The notes below the pieces were generated by a model. It was not told where the DNA came from, did no database searches, and saw only the letters and a list, made by a program, of their open reading frames with translations. DNA of 64,000 bases from the human T2T-CHM13v2.0 reference genome, Homo sapiens. Position 1 is the stretch's first letter. Every line of letters starts with the position of its first letter. Shown one piece after another: positions 1 through 11,919 of the stretch. Location of the stretch: assembly GCF_009914755.1 (NCBI RefSeq), contig NC_060939.1; one strand, given 5' to 3'. The translations under genes were made by a program, and so were the position numbers.

Positions 1-171
1 TAAAAGGACTGACTGAAGACTCATAATTTTCTGTGCATATTTCTGAAGCTGCAGGTGAAAATAACTAGAAAAATAGGGTTTGGTTTGGCAGGCTACTTGG
101 TATTATCTAGTAATGCTTAAAATGCACATATTCTTTCACCCAGTATGTCATGGTTACAAGTCATGCGTCTA

Positions 172-175
<4 letters not shown>

Positions 176-222
<47 letters not shown>
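176..222. repeat. (TA)n microsatellite
   Basis: About 23 perfect AT units just beyond the PLIN1 3' end. Confidence 0.97.
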
Positions 223-224
<2 letters not shown>

Positions 225-228
<4 letters not shown>

Positions 229-690
229 GCCACACATGTACACTAGACATTTTTGATAAGGACATTTATTATAGCATCGTTTGCAGTAGCAAAAAAGAAA
301 AAAAAAGGAAACAACTTAAAAGTCCATCATTAGGGAACTAGTTAAATCAAATAAGGCGTATCCATATTATGCAGTAGTTATTATGTGGCCATCAAAAAGA
401 GCGAGTGGGATTTATAATGTGATACAAAAATCTCTCCAAGCTGTATTATTAAGTGAAAAAAGCAGGCATGCGTAACACCCCACAGCTTGTGTAAACACAA
501 GCGGGGAGTGCATACACACGTGCCTGCAGGTGCATAGCCCTGCATACACAAGAGATGGCACCGTGGTGGTTTTCAATGAAGGGGAACAGGGGAGCTCGGG
601 GAGAAAGACACACATCCTTTTGCAATATTTGAATTCTGTAATTGTATGAATGCATTTTCTAGATTTATCAAATATTAACATTTCGAAGAC
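225..690 (+). mobile_element. Old L1 (L1ME-like) 3' fragment
   Basis: Degenerate L1M 3' motifs (atagcatcgtttgcagtagcaaaa...ggaaacaacttaaaagtccatca...aagtgaaaaaagcagg). Confidence 0.6.
265..270 (-). terminator. PLIN1: PLIN1 polyadenylation signal AATAAA
   Basis: tttatt on + strand, ~1.2 kb after the stop codon; fits the expected 3'UTR length. Confidence 0.75.
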
Positions 691-924
691 TAGGGTTGGG
701 GATGAACTGTGGCTATACATAAAGTCTATATATCATCACCATTTTGGTTCCCCAGCATCAAAAGAGTGACTATGCAGGTGAAGGCAGTAATGATGCAAAT
801 GGAAATGTGGCTGTGAGCAAGCAGCTGGCTCTACAAAGCACACAGGCCTGGACTCAGCCTGTGAAGCGGCGGGTACTCAGAAAGTGACACTAGTATTTTA
901 AATAAACACCCAAGAGCTTTTGCA

Positions 925-1180
925 TCTGATTGTTCCCTTCAAAGTAGCCTGCTGGGAGCCTAGATCATCAGAGGATGTTCATCAGAGGGGGAACAGATCA
1001 TCCTAGATCACAGAGGAGTTCAGTGCTAAGAATGTGTCAAAACCTTCTGTCTGGACCTTCAGAGTGGTGACAGGAGTTACTCATTCGTGGCAAATATTTA
1101 TCCGCAGAGGCAGAATCTGAATTTTGGAAACGGTCAAATATCTTTTGGCCACAAGTTTGGTTAAAGAGATGAAAAATCAA
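925..1180. mobile_element. Mariner-derived relic (MARNA-like) in PLIN1 3'UTR
   Basis: Blocks cccttcaaagtag, ccttcagag, gtggcaaat, ttttggaaac...agtttggt resemble the MARNA consensus as I recall it. Confidence 0.5.
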
Positions 1181-1389
1181 GTTAGGCAATTACTCTTATA
1201 GTAACAACCAAGCCATAGAATCAGAGCAGGCTGCGGCTCTGGTGTCCCTTAAAAACTGGCTCTGAGAGTGAAGCCCCAAAAGGATGCTAAAAAAAAAATA
1301 AAAATAAAATAAAAATAAAAAGTGCGCCTTGGCAGCATCATCAGGATGAGGCTGAGCTCCCCAGGGGACCACTTTGAAAGTGGCAACGC

Positions 1390-1990
1390 TCGCCTGGGCA
1401 GTGCGGGTTCTGTTTATTTGTTAGAGAAACCCGCCGGCCCGGGGCGCGGCGGCTGGTGCGGCGACTCAGCTCTTCTTGCGCAGCTGGCTGTAATGCGTGC
1501 GGCCCAGGATGGGCTCCATGACGCTGGGCCGGAAGAAGCTGTCGCTGACCCTGCGCTTTGGCTTCTCGCGGGGCACGGCCGGGAAGCCCGGGCGCGGCGC
1601 TGCGGGCGTGGCGACTTCGTCCTCCAGGCCCGGGCCGGGGGGCGCGCCGGGGCTCTGCGCGCTGCGCAGGCTGCGGCGGGGCTGTGCGAGACGCGGGGCG
1701 GGCTCCGGGCCGGCGGACGGCGCCCCAGACGCTCTGCGCTCCGCCTCCCGGCGCTCGACCTCGGCTGGTGGGTTGTCGATGTCCCGGAATTCGCTCTCGG
1801 GCTCCATCAGCGACAGCCTGGGGAGCTGAGGGCCCGGCAGCCGCCTTAGAGTCCTGGCTTGGCCCTGGGCCCTGCGCCTCTGACCCACCGCCCCTTCCCG
1901 GGCCCCTCGATTGTTCCCCCGGGAGCGGCCGTCAGGAGGACACAGGCTGGGGAGCGGTTCAGTAGTTTGGGGGGCACCGGGGAAAGCCCT
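1390..1990. promoter_or_regulatory. Intragenic CpG island over PLIN1 last exon
   Basis: Very high GC and CpG density compared with the flanks. Confidence 0.8.
1466..1825 (-). CDS. PLIN1: Perilipin-1 exon 9 coding part (LPRLSLMEPESEF...RKKS*)
   Basis: cag|CTCCCC acceptor at 1826; TGA at 1466-1468; 119 aa. Confidence 0.97.
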   Translation of the reverse strand, partial: LPRLSLMEPESEFRDIDNPPAEVERREAERRASGAPSAGPEPAPRLAQPRRSLRSAQSPGAPPGPGLEDEVATPAAPRPGFPAVPREKPKRRVSDSFFRPSVMEPILGRTHYSQLRKKS

Positions 1991-2818
1991 GAGGTCCTGC
2001 CCACTCTGAGCTTCTCCATGGACCAGGCTGCTCAGGCAAGCCAAGCCTCCCAAAGTTTCAGGATCCCCTAGGCCTTCCTGAGGGGAACCCTCAATGGGAG
2101 GTCATCAGCTTTCCTAACTCTTCCTTGCAGCCCACACAGTGACCTGGCCAGGGACCGGTACACCTTCCTGGGGCTGGCCCGAGCGCAGGATGAACAGGCG
2201 GGCTGCTAAGATCCCTGGCATGCTGCTTGGTAGAGTGACTGAGTAACCCACCCCCTTACCAGCTCTAAGGGTGCTTTCTGCCCTGACCAGCCCCGCCCCC
2301 CAGGCCTGCATAATCTGTAACCTGCTTTGGAAAGGGGCTCCCAAAGGGATGGCATTGGTATCCCCTGGGTTTTTCCTATTGGTGACAGGTGATAGAATTG
2401 GGTGGAGCCTGCTGCTGTCCCCTGGAACTCATGGCCCACCCCTCAGGGTGCCCTGGAAGCCTCTCCAACCCCTTCCCAGGCAGCAGCATGCAAACCCGCC
2501 CAGCCCTTCAGTTGAGAGCAAAGGGGTGAAGGTGAGCCACTGGGATCCTGGGACTGATGGCTGGAGACTCCTCTACCAGCAGGTGGGAGGGGCCGTGGGG
2601 AGAGGCCTCAGGCCAGAGCCATGGGCCTCTATACTCCTGGGGCTGGGAGAGGCCCAGTATGTTAAAATGTTGCCAGGGCACTGAGGACTGGAGTGGGGGG
2701 CGGTCTCCAGAGGAGTAGGGGAAAGGAGGGGGACTGCAGCCCCTTCAGTCAAATCTACTTTATCTGCCATGTCCAGGCCCCCTTGGGACACTAACAGTTT
2801 GCCAGGGGTGGTACTCAC

Positions 2819-3064
2819 CGGCACGTAATGCACCACTGTGTCCACCACGTTGTCAGTAACGCCCTTCAGGGCATCTGATAGGGACATGGCCCTCCCCTTG
2901 GTTGAGGAGACAGCAGGGGCTGGTGTGAGGTGCAGCACCCTCCCTGCCATGCCCAGCACAGCTGCAGGTGCCCATGTCACAGCCGAGATGGTGGTCTGGA
3001 GGGTCTTCTGCAGGGTATGTGCCACACCACCCAGGAGGCCTCGAGGGCCTGGCAGGGCTGCTAC
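2819..3064 (-). CDS. PLIN1: Perilipin-1 exon 8 (VAALPGPRG...VVHYVP)
   Basis: cag|GTAGCA ... CCG|gtgagt; 246 nt. Confidence 0.97.
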
Positions 3065-3484
3065 CTGGGGGCCAAAGCAGGGTCAGTGCCTCCTGTGGTA
3101 ACTCCCCTGACCCTTCCCTCCCCACCAGCCCCAGGGCTAGAGGGGAAAGCATGAGAATACCAAATTTACAAAACTTCAGGCCTATTCTGCCACTAGCAGT
3201 GTGGCCTTGGACAGGTCACATTCCCTCTCTGAACCTCTGTTTCTTCTCCTGCAAAATGGGACAATAATCTCTGCCCTGCCTATTTACAGAGTGTTGCAAG
3301 GGTCAGCTGAGAGAATGACATGGAAGTCCCTCGCCAGCTGGGCATTTGGGGGTGGGGTGAAGGGTGTTGCACGCACATGCCGTGCCCCTGCATCTGGGGC
3401 AGAGGCCCTGAGTTCACCCTATGCCTCTGCTTCTCACCCCTTCTGTGGGCTGGGGGACCTTGAGGCTCCCACTCTCCCCCTCAC

Positions 3485-3676
3485 CTCACTGAACTTGTTC
3501 TCCTCAGTCTCCAATTCTTCCTCCTCCTCCGTGTCCTCTCCCTCCGTGTCTGTCTGGTCCTCATGATCCTCCTCCTGGGCGGCTGCGAGGCTGTGCAGCC
3601 AGGGTACCCGCACTTCGCTCCTCCGCCGGGACACCGCCTGCATGGCCACTGAGGCACCCCACTGGGCCAGGCTGCT
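3485..3676 (-). CDS. PLIN1: Perilipin-1 exon 7 (SSLAQW...acidic tract...NKFSE)
   Basis: cag|AGCAGC ... GAG|gtgagg; 192 nt. Confidence 0.97.
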
Positions 3677-3809
3677 CTGAGGGAGGATGGCAGCAGATTG
3701 CTGGCTCAACTGCCCCTGCTGAAGGCCAGGGAGCCCCAGCAGCCCAAGCCCCTCGCCCCCAGGGTCCGGGCCAGGTGGTGAGCAGGGCTCAGCCCCAGCA
3801 GACTTTTCT

Positions 3810-4370
3810 GGAAACTTTTTATGGAGTGGTAATCTACATACACTAAAGTGCACACATCTTTAGTGTAAGCTCTATGAATTTTTATAAGAACACACCTGTG
3901 TAACCACCACAGATCAAGACATAGACCATTTTCAACACCCAAAGACTCCCTGTGTCCCCACTCAGTCCACATTCCCCCAAGAGTGACCACAGTCCTGCTC
4001 TCTGTCACCATGCCTTAGTTTTGCCTATTTTCGAACTTCATGTAAGTGGAGTCACACCATGTGTATTCATCTATTAATAGCTCCTTTAGTTAAATATGAT
4101 GGTGTAAGCTTCACCCATGTTGCTGCAAATGGAAGTAGTTCCTTCTTTTTCATTTCTGTGTAATATTCCATCATACGAATTTCCTGTAATTTACCCATTC
4201 TACCGTTGATGGACATTATCATCGCTTCCAGTTCTTAGCTAAGGATATTGCTGATCTGAGCATTTTTCACTTGTCTTGGGAGACTTAAGTGCTCATTTCT
4301 GTTGGGTATACACTTAAGAGTGGAACTGCTGGGCCATAGGATATATGTATGTTAGCTTTGGTAGATACTC
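3810..4370 (-). mobile_element. Old L1 (L1M) 3' fragment
   Basis: Antisense L1M motifs (ccattctaccgttgatggacatt..., agagtggaactgctgggccatagg). Confidence 0.65.
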
Positions 4371-5381
4371 CTCCCAGATCTTTTAAGCGTGAAAAATTCA
4401 ATGAACCAGAGTGTCCCATGGGAAGAAATTGACTGAGCAAGGGGGCTGGTATCTCCTGAGGCACATTCTAAACCTCTAGGGAGCCCCACAAACAGAGACT
4501 CCTTATTACACAGCTTTTGGGGATGCCACTCTATTCCATGCGAATGGTGGCACGTGAGGTTCTGCCCACTGCAGGCGGGGTCCAGGCATGTGACTCAGTC
4601 TCAGCTGTTATTGATGCAGGGGACAGAGGGGAGCTACTACTCCTGTATTCCTGCAGGGGCAACACTTGCTTGAATGAATGATCCACGCCTGATGATGCTT
4701 TTAAAAGTACTGCTCAAAAGATGGCTGAAAAGTAGTCATCTTGTTTGCTGGCCTTTATGCTTTAATATTGTTTTATTTTCTTTTCTGGCCTTAGCTTCTT
4801 ACTAAAATTCCTTATGAAAAACATCCAGCCTATTTCTGCTAAGATACAGAGAGGTGGAGGTGGGGAGTGGTGGGGAGTGGTGGGGAGTTAACTCTCCCTG
4901 GGCCTAGAAAGGGCAACTTCACCTTGGGTGCATTGGTGCTGGGTACACTCTCCCTGACAAAATGGGTTGTATACTTTGTTTATTTAAGGATGACAGTCCC
5001 TAGTGCTTGCATAGCAGATGGAGGTCCTGCTGTCTTATAGGTGGGAAGACCCATAGAAAGAGGTCCACTTGGGGGTATGAAGGCTGGGGCTTGTGGGAGA
5101 CTCAGAGGGAAATGGGGGAGATAGAAGTGAGTGGTGGGGAAGGAGCACTCTAGCAAGGCAGGCCTGCCCTTGCTTAACATCCTCTCCCTTCTCTTTCCCT
5201 GTGGTCTGGAAGGCCATCCCTCTACCCCTCTCAAGTCCTCTTAGAACTGAAGCCCCAGCCCAGGTTGGAAGAGAGAATGTTCTCAGGACAGGAAGGGGTG
5301 ATGGGTGGGGGATGGGAGGGACTAGGAGGCCCACAGGGCTCCCAGGCACCGGGTCAGTCAGAGCTCACGGCAGATACTTAC

Positions 5382-5554
5382 CAGGGGCACCACGCCTGGG
5401 ATCCACATGGCCACGGTGTGGCCCTGCTCCAGGGCCCGGGCCATGGTCTGCACGGTGTATCGAGAGAGGGTGTTGGTCAGAGCCCCAACCCTGCTCAAGA
5501 GGCTTGGCTTGGCCTTGGGAGACTTCTGGGCTTGCTGGTGTCCAGGAGCAGGGG
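5382..5554 (-). CDS. PLIN1: Perilipin-1 exon 6 (APAPGHQQ...VVPL)
   Basis: cag|CCCCTG ... CTG|gtaagt; 173 nt. Confidence 0.96.
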
Positions 5555-5861
5555 CTGGGTAGGGATTTGGGGGGAAAGAAGAGAAAACAGGTCAGAGAGG
5601 GGCCGGAGAGATCTGGGTCATGTCTAGGACTGGAAAGTAGGTGTTCTAGGTCCACCACAAACTCACTGGTGAGTTCCACAACTCACTTTCCCTCTTTACA
5701 GATGGGGTGGGGGTGGGGGGGGTAAATGATTATGAATCCATCTGAAAATCCCACTGGCCTTCCCTATTCCAGAGCAGTGGCTGGATGAGCCACCTCCTGC
5801 TGATTCCCAGGCAGTGTGTGTGACAACTCACTCCCAGGCCGAGCCTCCGAATGGCAGGTAC

Positions 5862-6126
5862 CTGACTCTTCCTTGTCTGCAGGGAGGAGGTACTCCACCA
5901 CCTTCTCAATGCTGCCCAAGGCCAAGTCGGCCCCTCCAGAAGCCAGTCGGCCAGCTCGAGTGTTGGCAGCAAATTCCGCAGTGTCTCTGGCCACCCCCCA
6001 GGCAAGCTCGCACCCGGCCAAAGCGGCCCCCAGGACCTTGTCTGAAGTGCTCGCGATGGGAACGCTGATGCTGTTTCTGGCACTGCGGAGGCGGGTGGAG
6101 ATGGTGTCCTTCAGCTCAGAAGCAAT
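5862..6126 (-). CDS. PLIN1: Perilipin-1 exon 5 (IASELKDT...DKEES; amphipathic 11-mer region)
   Basis: cag|ATTGCT ... CAG|gtacct; 265 nt. Confidence 0.97.
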
Positions 6127-6639
6127 CTGGGGGAAGTTGGTGGGGGTGTTAGGCATGTGGTCTTGCAGGCCCTACAAGGGCTGCCCTTCCGGGGTCTGGT
6201 GGCCTGAGCCCAGCTCCCAGGAAGGCATCACCTAAAGGCCCAGGGAACTGGTACTGATATTTAGGTACCTGGAATTAAGCTGGGCTTTAGAGGAGAGGGC
6301 TCCAACCTTCCCTGTGCCAACTGTTTGGATCTCCTGGCTTCTTCACCCCGCATCACAGCCTGTCAAGATCCCTCCCATCCTGTGAGGATGACCCCAAAGG
6401 CTCGTCCTTGGTGCCACCTGTCCTGATACCCTTGGGCTCACAAGGAATCTCCTCCATCCTTTCCTCAGAACACAGCATTTCTGTTGATTTATAGGTGTGC
6501 TTGATCTTCCTACAAGTTCTGCACTGAAATAATTTGTCTTTTTCTTCATTATTCTGGGAGCTCTTTTGTGACAAAAATGTTGCCTTTTATCTGGAAAAAT
6601 GGGGAGCAAAGAGCACAGGTCTCACAGCTGAATAGACCT

Positions 6640-6810
6640 GCTCTCATTGTCCCCACTTAAGGCTGTGTGGCCGTGGGGGAGACACTGGTTTCCTCTCTGT
6701 AAAATGGAGATAACAACCCCTATCCCAGAGGGTTGACAAGTGGATTAAAGAAGAGCGCTTGATAAAGCATAGGTGATGGCCCCGGGCATAGGGTAGGGCT
6801 CAGTACCTGT
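6640..6810 (+). mobile_element. MIR fragment
   Basis: gctgtgtggcc...tttcctctctgtaaaatggagataa MIR core. Confidence 0.6.
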
Positions 6811-7363
6811 TTGTGGGAAGGGTAGATAGTTGGTCAGTGAGATAGATGAGGTCAGAGACTGAAGCTTATTCCCCAGAAGCACCAAAAATGAGTCCTTATC
6901 ATAGCAACTACCCAATAAATATGTAGCCAGGTAAAGTGACCTTCAATCTCATGGTCCATAAAAGGTTGGATCTTGAGGATATGGGATGACACTCCTGGGA
7001 TCTGAATGAGTGTGACTCATGATCTTAGGCAGCTGTAGTTGCCAAGTGGTCCAGGGCAGACTATGGAACCTCAGATCCCAGGGTGCGGTATCGGGAGGCA
7101 GTGGGACCCGCCTCAAGCTCCTGTTTGGGTTTGCCTCTGGGCTCGTGCCTGCTGGTCCCAGAAACCCCACCTCCGTTTAGCTTCACAGGGAGAAGAGGAG
7201 CCTGTTGTGTGGCCTTGGGAGCAGGCACTCTCCGCCAGCCTTGGAGGGTGCTCACCATGGGACACAGACTTCCAGTCACGGCATCAGCAGCCCCTGCCCT
7301 CTCCTCCCTGAGAGGCGGTGACGACAGAGTGCAGGGAGGCTTCGAGAGGTGGGAAGGGCTCAC

Positions 7364-7446
7364 CTTTTCAGGGGGGTACTGGAGGGCGGGGATCTTTTCC
7401 TCCAGGTGGTCCAAGCCTCGGCAGGCCAGCTCATTGGCAGCTGTGA
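7364..7446 (-). CDS. PLIN1: Perilipin-1 exon 4 (TAANELACRGLDHLEEKIPALQYPPEK)
   Basis: cag|TCACAG ... AAG|gtgagc; 83 nt. Confidence 0.97.
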
Positions 7447-9091
7447 CTGGAAGGAAAGGGCCAAGTTTGGGTGAGCCCTGCCCCTCCCCATGAGAATCTA
7501 GCAGTGGCTTCTGTGCCAAGGAAGTGACTTGGAGCCCTCAAATCCCAAGGCCTGCTGCCTCCCCAGCATCTCTGGGCCCCAGGCCCTTTGCCCTCTTTAG
7601 CCCTTGTCTGCAGGGACTCCTCAAGACCCGGGCCAGTTTCTTCTGTCTGTGTGGGAACTCTGGAGTCGCTCAGACCTGCACTCAAAAGGCCAAGTGACCA
7701 CATCTAAGAAGCCTGTGGCCTCAGCTAGTCACAGCCTGTCTGAGCCTCTGCTTCCTACCTTGTAAAAGGTGAATTAATGGTGCCTGCCTGGCAGGATTTT
7801 TGTGAAGAAGAATGATGGGAGCTATATGAATCACCAACAAGTACCGTTCTTTCCCTCCTTCTCTTCCTTCCTGACCTGCAAGGGGGCTCTGAGTGAGCAT
7901 GAGGAGGGAGAAGAGAGGTGTGAGAGGGAAGCAGATGGCAGTGAGGCCTTGGGGCTGGGCCTGCTTAGCTATCAACATGACAAACTCCCAGCACAGCCAG
8001 TGCAGGCCCCAGGCCGTCCATGCTCTTCTTTTTAACCACTAGGTGTTGAGATGGTCAACTGTCCGAAGAGGGTCACAGGGAAGGGAAAAGAGTTGCCCCC
8101 GGAGAGTGGGCATGCATCAGAGATGCACCTGCTTCAAGGGGATCCCGCCTGGATTGGCCGGGACATCGGCTCTGCAGCCATGGCCAATGGGGGCCACAGC
8201 TTTCAAGGAGAGTTCTTCATACTCTTTCATATATTCTTTTGCCAGATACCTTATTTTTCTTCACAAAATTCTCAAGCAGCAGAGAGCCCAGATGACTTGG
8301 CTGTCTTCCAGTTGGGCAGAATGAGACTCAAGGAAACTATTTAAGGAGATTGTAGCCAGGGACAGGGCCTGGGCCTACTTCACATCGGTCCTCTCCTGTT
8401 TGCTGTGTGGAGTCCTCAGCTACCCATAATTCTGTAATTAGGATGGTGGAAGGTACCAGACTTTTTGGCATTGCTGCGATTTCCCTCAGCCCTGTGTATG
8501 CCTTGGAGACCACATTTTCAGATGGGGCAGAACAATTTGAGTGGTGCACATCTGGTAAGGCCAGTAGGAGAGCCATCTTCTGCCTCTAGGGCCCTGGCTG
8601 GAGGCTCTCTGCCACCCCCACCCGTCATGAGCCGCTACCATCAGCTGCTGGGCTCAGCCAGCTTTCCCCTCCCTCCGTGCCCTCCGGCCCTGCCAGGCCC
8701 CCTAGTGCCGGCTGCCTCTGCCTCTGCCAGACTCTGCTGGTTCTTGCTGCTGCTGCTGCCTGTGCTGCGACAGTGAGTGTCTGGTCTGCCATGGGCCCTA
8801 CCCTCACCACTGCCTGCACAGCTCTGCCTTCCCTTCCCCTGCAGATTCTCTGGCCATCATTGTTATCCTAGGAAAATGCCAGCTGGGCCATAGATAGGCA
8901 TCTATAGAAGAAAAGAGATCTGTATGTATACCTTTATAGCCATAGATAAGAAGACCATGCAATGGGATGTGGGCAGTTAAGCAGACAGACAAGCAAGTTA
9001 TCAGACAGTCAGACAGACTGAGAGGCGGACAGACAGACTGGAAGGTAGGCAGTGAACAAGCAGGCAGCTGCTGAGCGCCGCAAGGACTCAC

Positions 9092-9296
9092 ACTGGGTGG
9101 ACAGCCTGCGGACCACCGGCTCCATGCTCCAGGCAGCCAAGCTACTGGCGCTCTGCACGCCCTTCTCATAGGCATTGCACACAGAGGCCACCAGGGGGTG
9201 GGCTTCCTTAGTGCTGGTGTAGGTCTTCTGGAAGCATTCGCAGGTGCCACTCACCACCGGCAGCTGCAGGACCCGCTGCAGCACATTCTCCTGCTC
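9092..9296 (-). CDS. PLIN1: Perilipin-1 exon 3 (EQENVLQRVLQLPVV...RRLSTQ; PAT domain)
   Basis: cag|GAGCAG ... AGT|gtgagt; 205 nt. Confidence 0.97.
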
Positions 9297-10129
9297 CTGG
9301 TGCGGAAGGAACACATTCAAGTTGTCCCACCTCCCTCTCCAGCCTCCCGGGAAGCTGACCCCGGGGTCATGGGGACCAATGGTGCAACTAGCCTGAGTCC
9401 AAGCGACCTGGGAGGAACCAAGGCCAAAGAGGTCTCTAGATGCCCCAATCATGGGAGCGTGGGAGAGCCCATGGGGAAAACAAGAGTCAGCCGGCCATGT
9501 CCTCCTGGTCACCATCCGGGGTGCTGGAGAGCTGCCAAGGCAATCTCTGTTCTCCAGGGACCAAGTCAGATCCCATCACTCCCACCCCCACCTCAGCTCA
9601 CTCCCCTGATACCTACTGGTAGAGAGCAAGTGTTGTTAATGTCTAGAGTTTTAGTCCACCTTTGATTGGTGGCTTCTCCAAACATTTTTCTGGTCTTTCT
9701 GGGGTACTGCCTCCCTGCCTGTGTATCCCGACCCCACTGCCTAGAATGCTCACCTTCCCTCCCACAGCCCTTACTGCCTGGCAGAATGCCATTCCTTCAA
9801 GACTCTGCTTGACCAGCACTCCCCCTGTGAAGCTTCCAGACTCTCCTCCATCACGTCGGAAACCACTCCCTCCCTGGCTCTCTCCACATTCGTCACACCG
9901 TGCTGTGGTTATGTGTGTTCATCTCACTCCCCGTAGACTGTCATCTCTGCATCCCCAGAGTGTAGGCCAAACATGGCACAGTAATATTAGCTGAATACGT
10001 GAACCACAGTCAGGGCTGTGCCTAGTAGAATGTGTAGGTTTAGATCTGCCCAACTGCACAGAATCACAGAATCTTAGGGGACTTTGTAGTAAGAATCCTT
10101 TCCATCCTTCCTCTGGTCGACTTGTATTT

Positions 10130-10422
10130 GTTTTTATTTATTTATTATTTTTTATAGAGACAGGGTTTCACTCTGTTGCTCAAACTGAAGTGCATTAGTG
10201 CCATCATAGTTCACTGTAACCTCCAACTCGTGGGCTCAAACAGTCCCCACACTTGTGCCTCCTGGGTAGCTGGGACTACAGGCCTGTGACACCATGCCTT
10301 GCTAATATTTTTATTTTGTAGAGGAGGGGTCTTGCCGGTCTTGAACTCCTGGACTCAAGTGATCCTTCTGCCTCAGCCTCCCAAATCACTGAGATTATAG
10401 GCCTGAGCCATTGCGCCCAGCC
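10130..10422 (-). mobile_element. Alu (J-like)
   Basis: Antisense Alu with T-rich tail. Confidence 0.9.
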
Positions 10423-10760
10423 AAGACTTATATTTGAATGTCTCCCTGAATGAGAGCTCTCCCCCTCACAAAGTGGCCTGTGTCCCTTGTTGGACAGCTT
10501 TGCTGAGCTGAAATTTGCCTCCACCCCCCTGTTCCACACTCTGCCCTCTGGAACAAAACTGAGCAAACCTATTTCCTCATCCATGGGTTGGCCCTTCACA
10601 TATTTGAAGTCAAATATGTCTCCCTTTAGAAGTGCCGCCATCATGTTAAATGGCTCCAGTTCCTAACTTCGTTTACAAATGGTTCACACTGTGGTCTGGT
10701 GACCCCCTCTCCTGGACATGCTACAGTTTTACATTATCTTTCTTAAAAATATACTACCCT

Positions 10761-11020
10761 CGCTTGAGCCCAGGAGTTTAAGGCCAGCCTGGGCAACACA
10801 GGGAGACCCCGTCTCTACAAAAAAAAATAATAAATAATAATAATATAATTAGCAGGGCATGGTGCTGTGTGCCTGTGGTCCCGGCTACTCGGGAACCTGA
10901 GGCGGGAAGATCGCATGAGTCCGGGAGTTGGAGGCTGTAGTGAGCCATAATCACGCCACTGTACCACAGCCTCGATGACAGAATGACACCTTGTCTCAAA
11001 AAACAAAAAACAAACAAACA
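10761..11020 (+). mobile_element. Alu, 5' truncated (J-like)
   Basis: Alu arms with A-rich tail. Confidence 0.88.
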
Positions 11021-11206
11021 ACACTCAAAGACAGCACTCTGGGTGCGATCTGCACGTGCTGGGTGTAGTGGAACAATCGTTTATCATTTCCGGGGTGCTG
11101 TGCTGTTAGTAATGCACCTTTGGCAGCAGTCACATAATTAAGTTTTAGGTCACCTAGGAACCTTAGTGAAAAAACACTGGTCTTTGAGTAAAAGAATGAA
11201 TTCTAG

Positions 11207-11919
<713 letters not shown>

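Noticed and set aside
150-341. ORF with YIYIYI repeat
   Set aside because: Translation of the (TA)n microsatellite
1322-1965. Long plus-strand ORFs (175, 110, 135 aa) antisense to PLIN1 exon 9
   Set aside because: Expected from stop-codon scarcity in a GC-rich island; low-complexity products with no recognisable domain
3839-3867. 10-bp hairpin TACACTAAAG...CTTTAGTGTA
   Set aside because: Lies at the end of an L1M relic that is already quasi-palindromic; too short for a miRNA precursor
4861-4888. (TGGGGAGTGG)x3 and G-run at 5704-5722 as G-quadruplexes
   Set aside because: Common intronic simple repeats with no evidence of function
5093-5725. 210-aa plus-strand ORF
   Set aside because: Antisense shadow over PLIN1 exon 6 and G-rich intron; no homology or splice support
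6937-6945. ERR-type half site TGAAGGTCA (minus) in PLIN1 intron 4
   Set aside because: A single 9-mer is expected by chance in 64 kb
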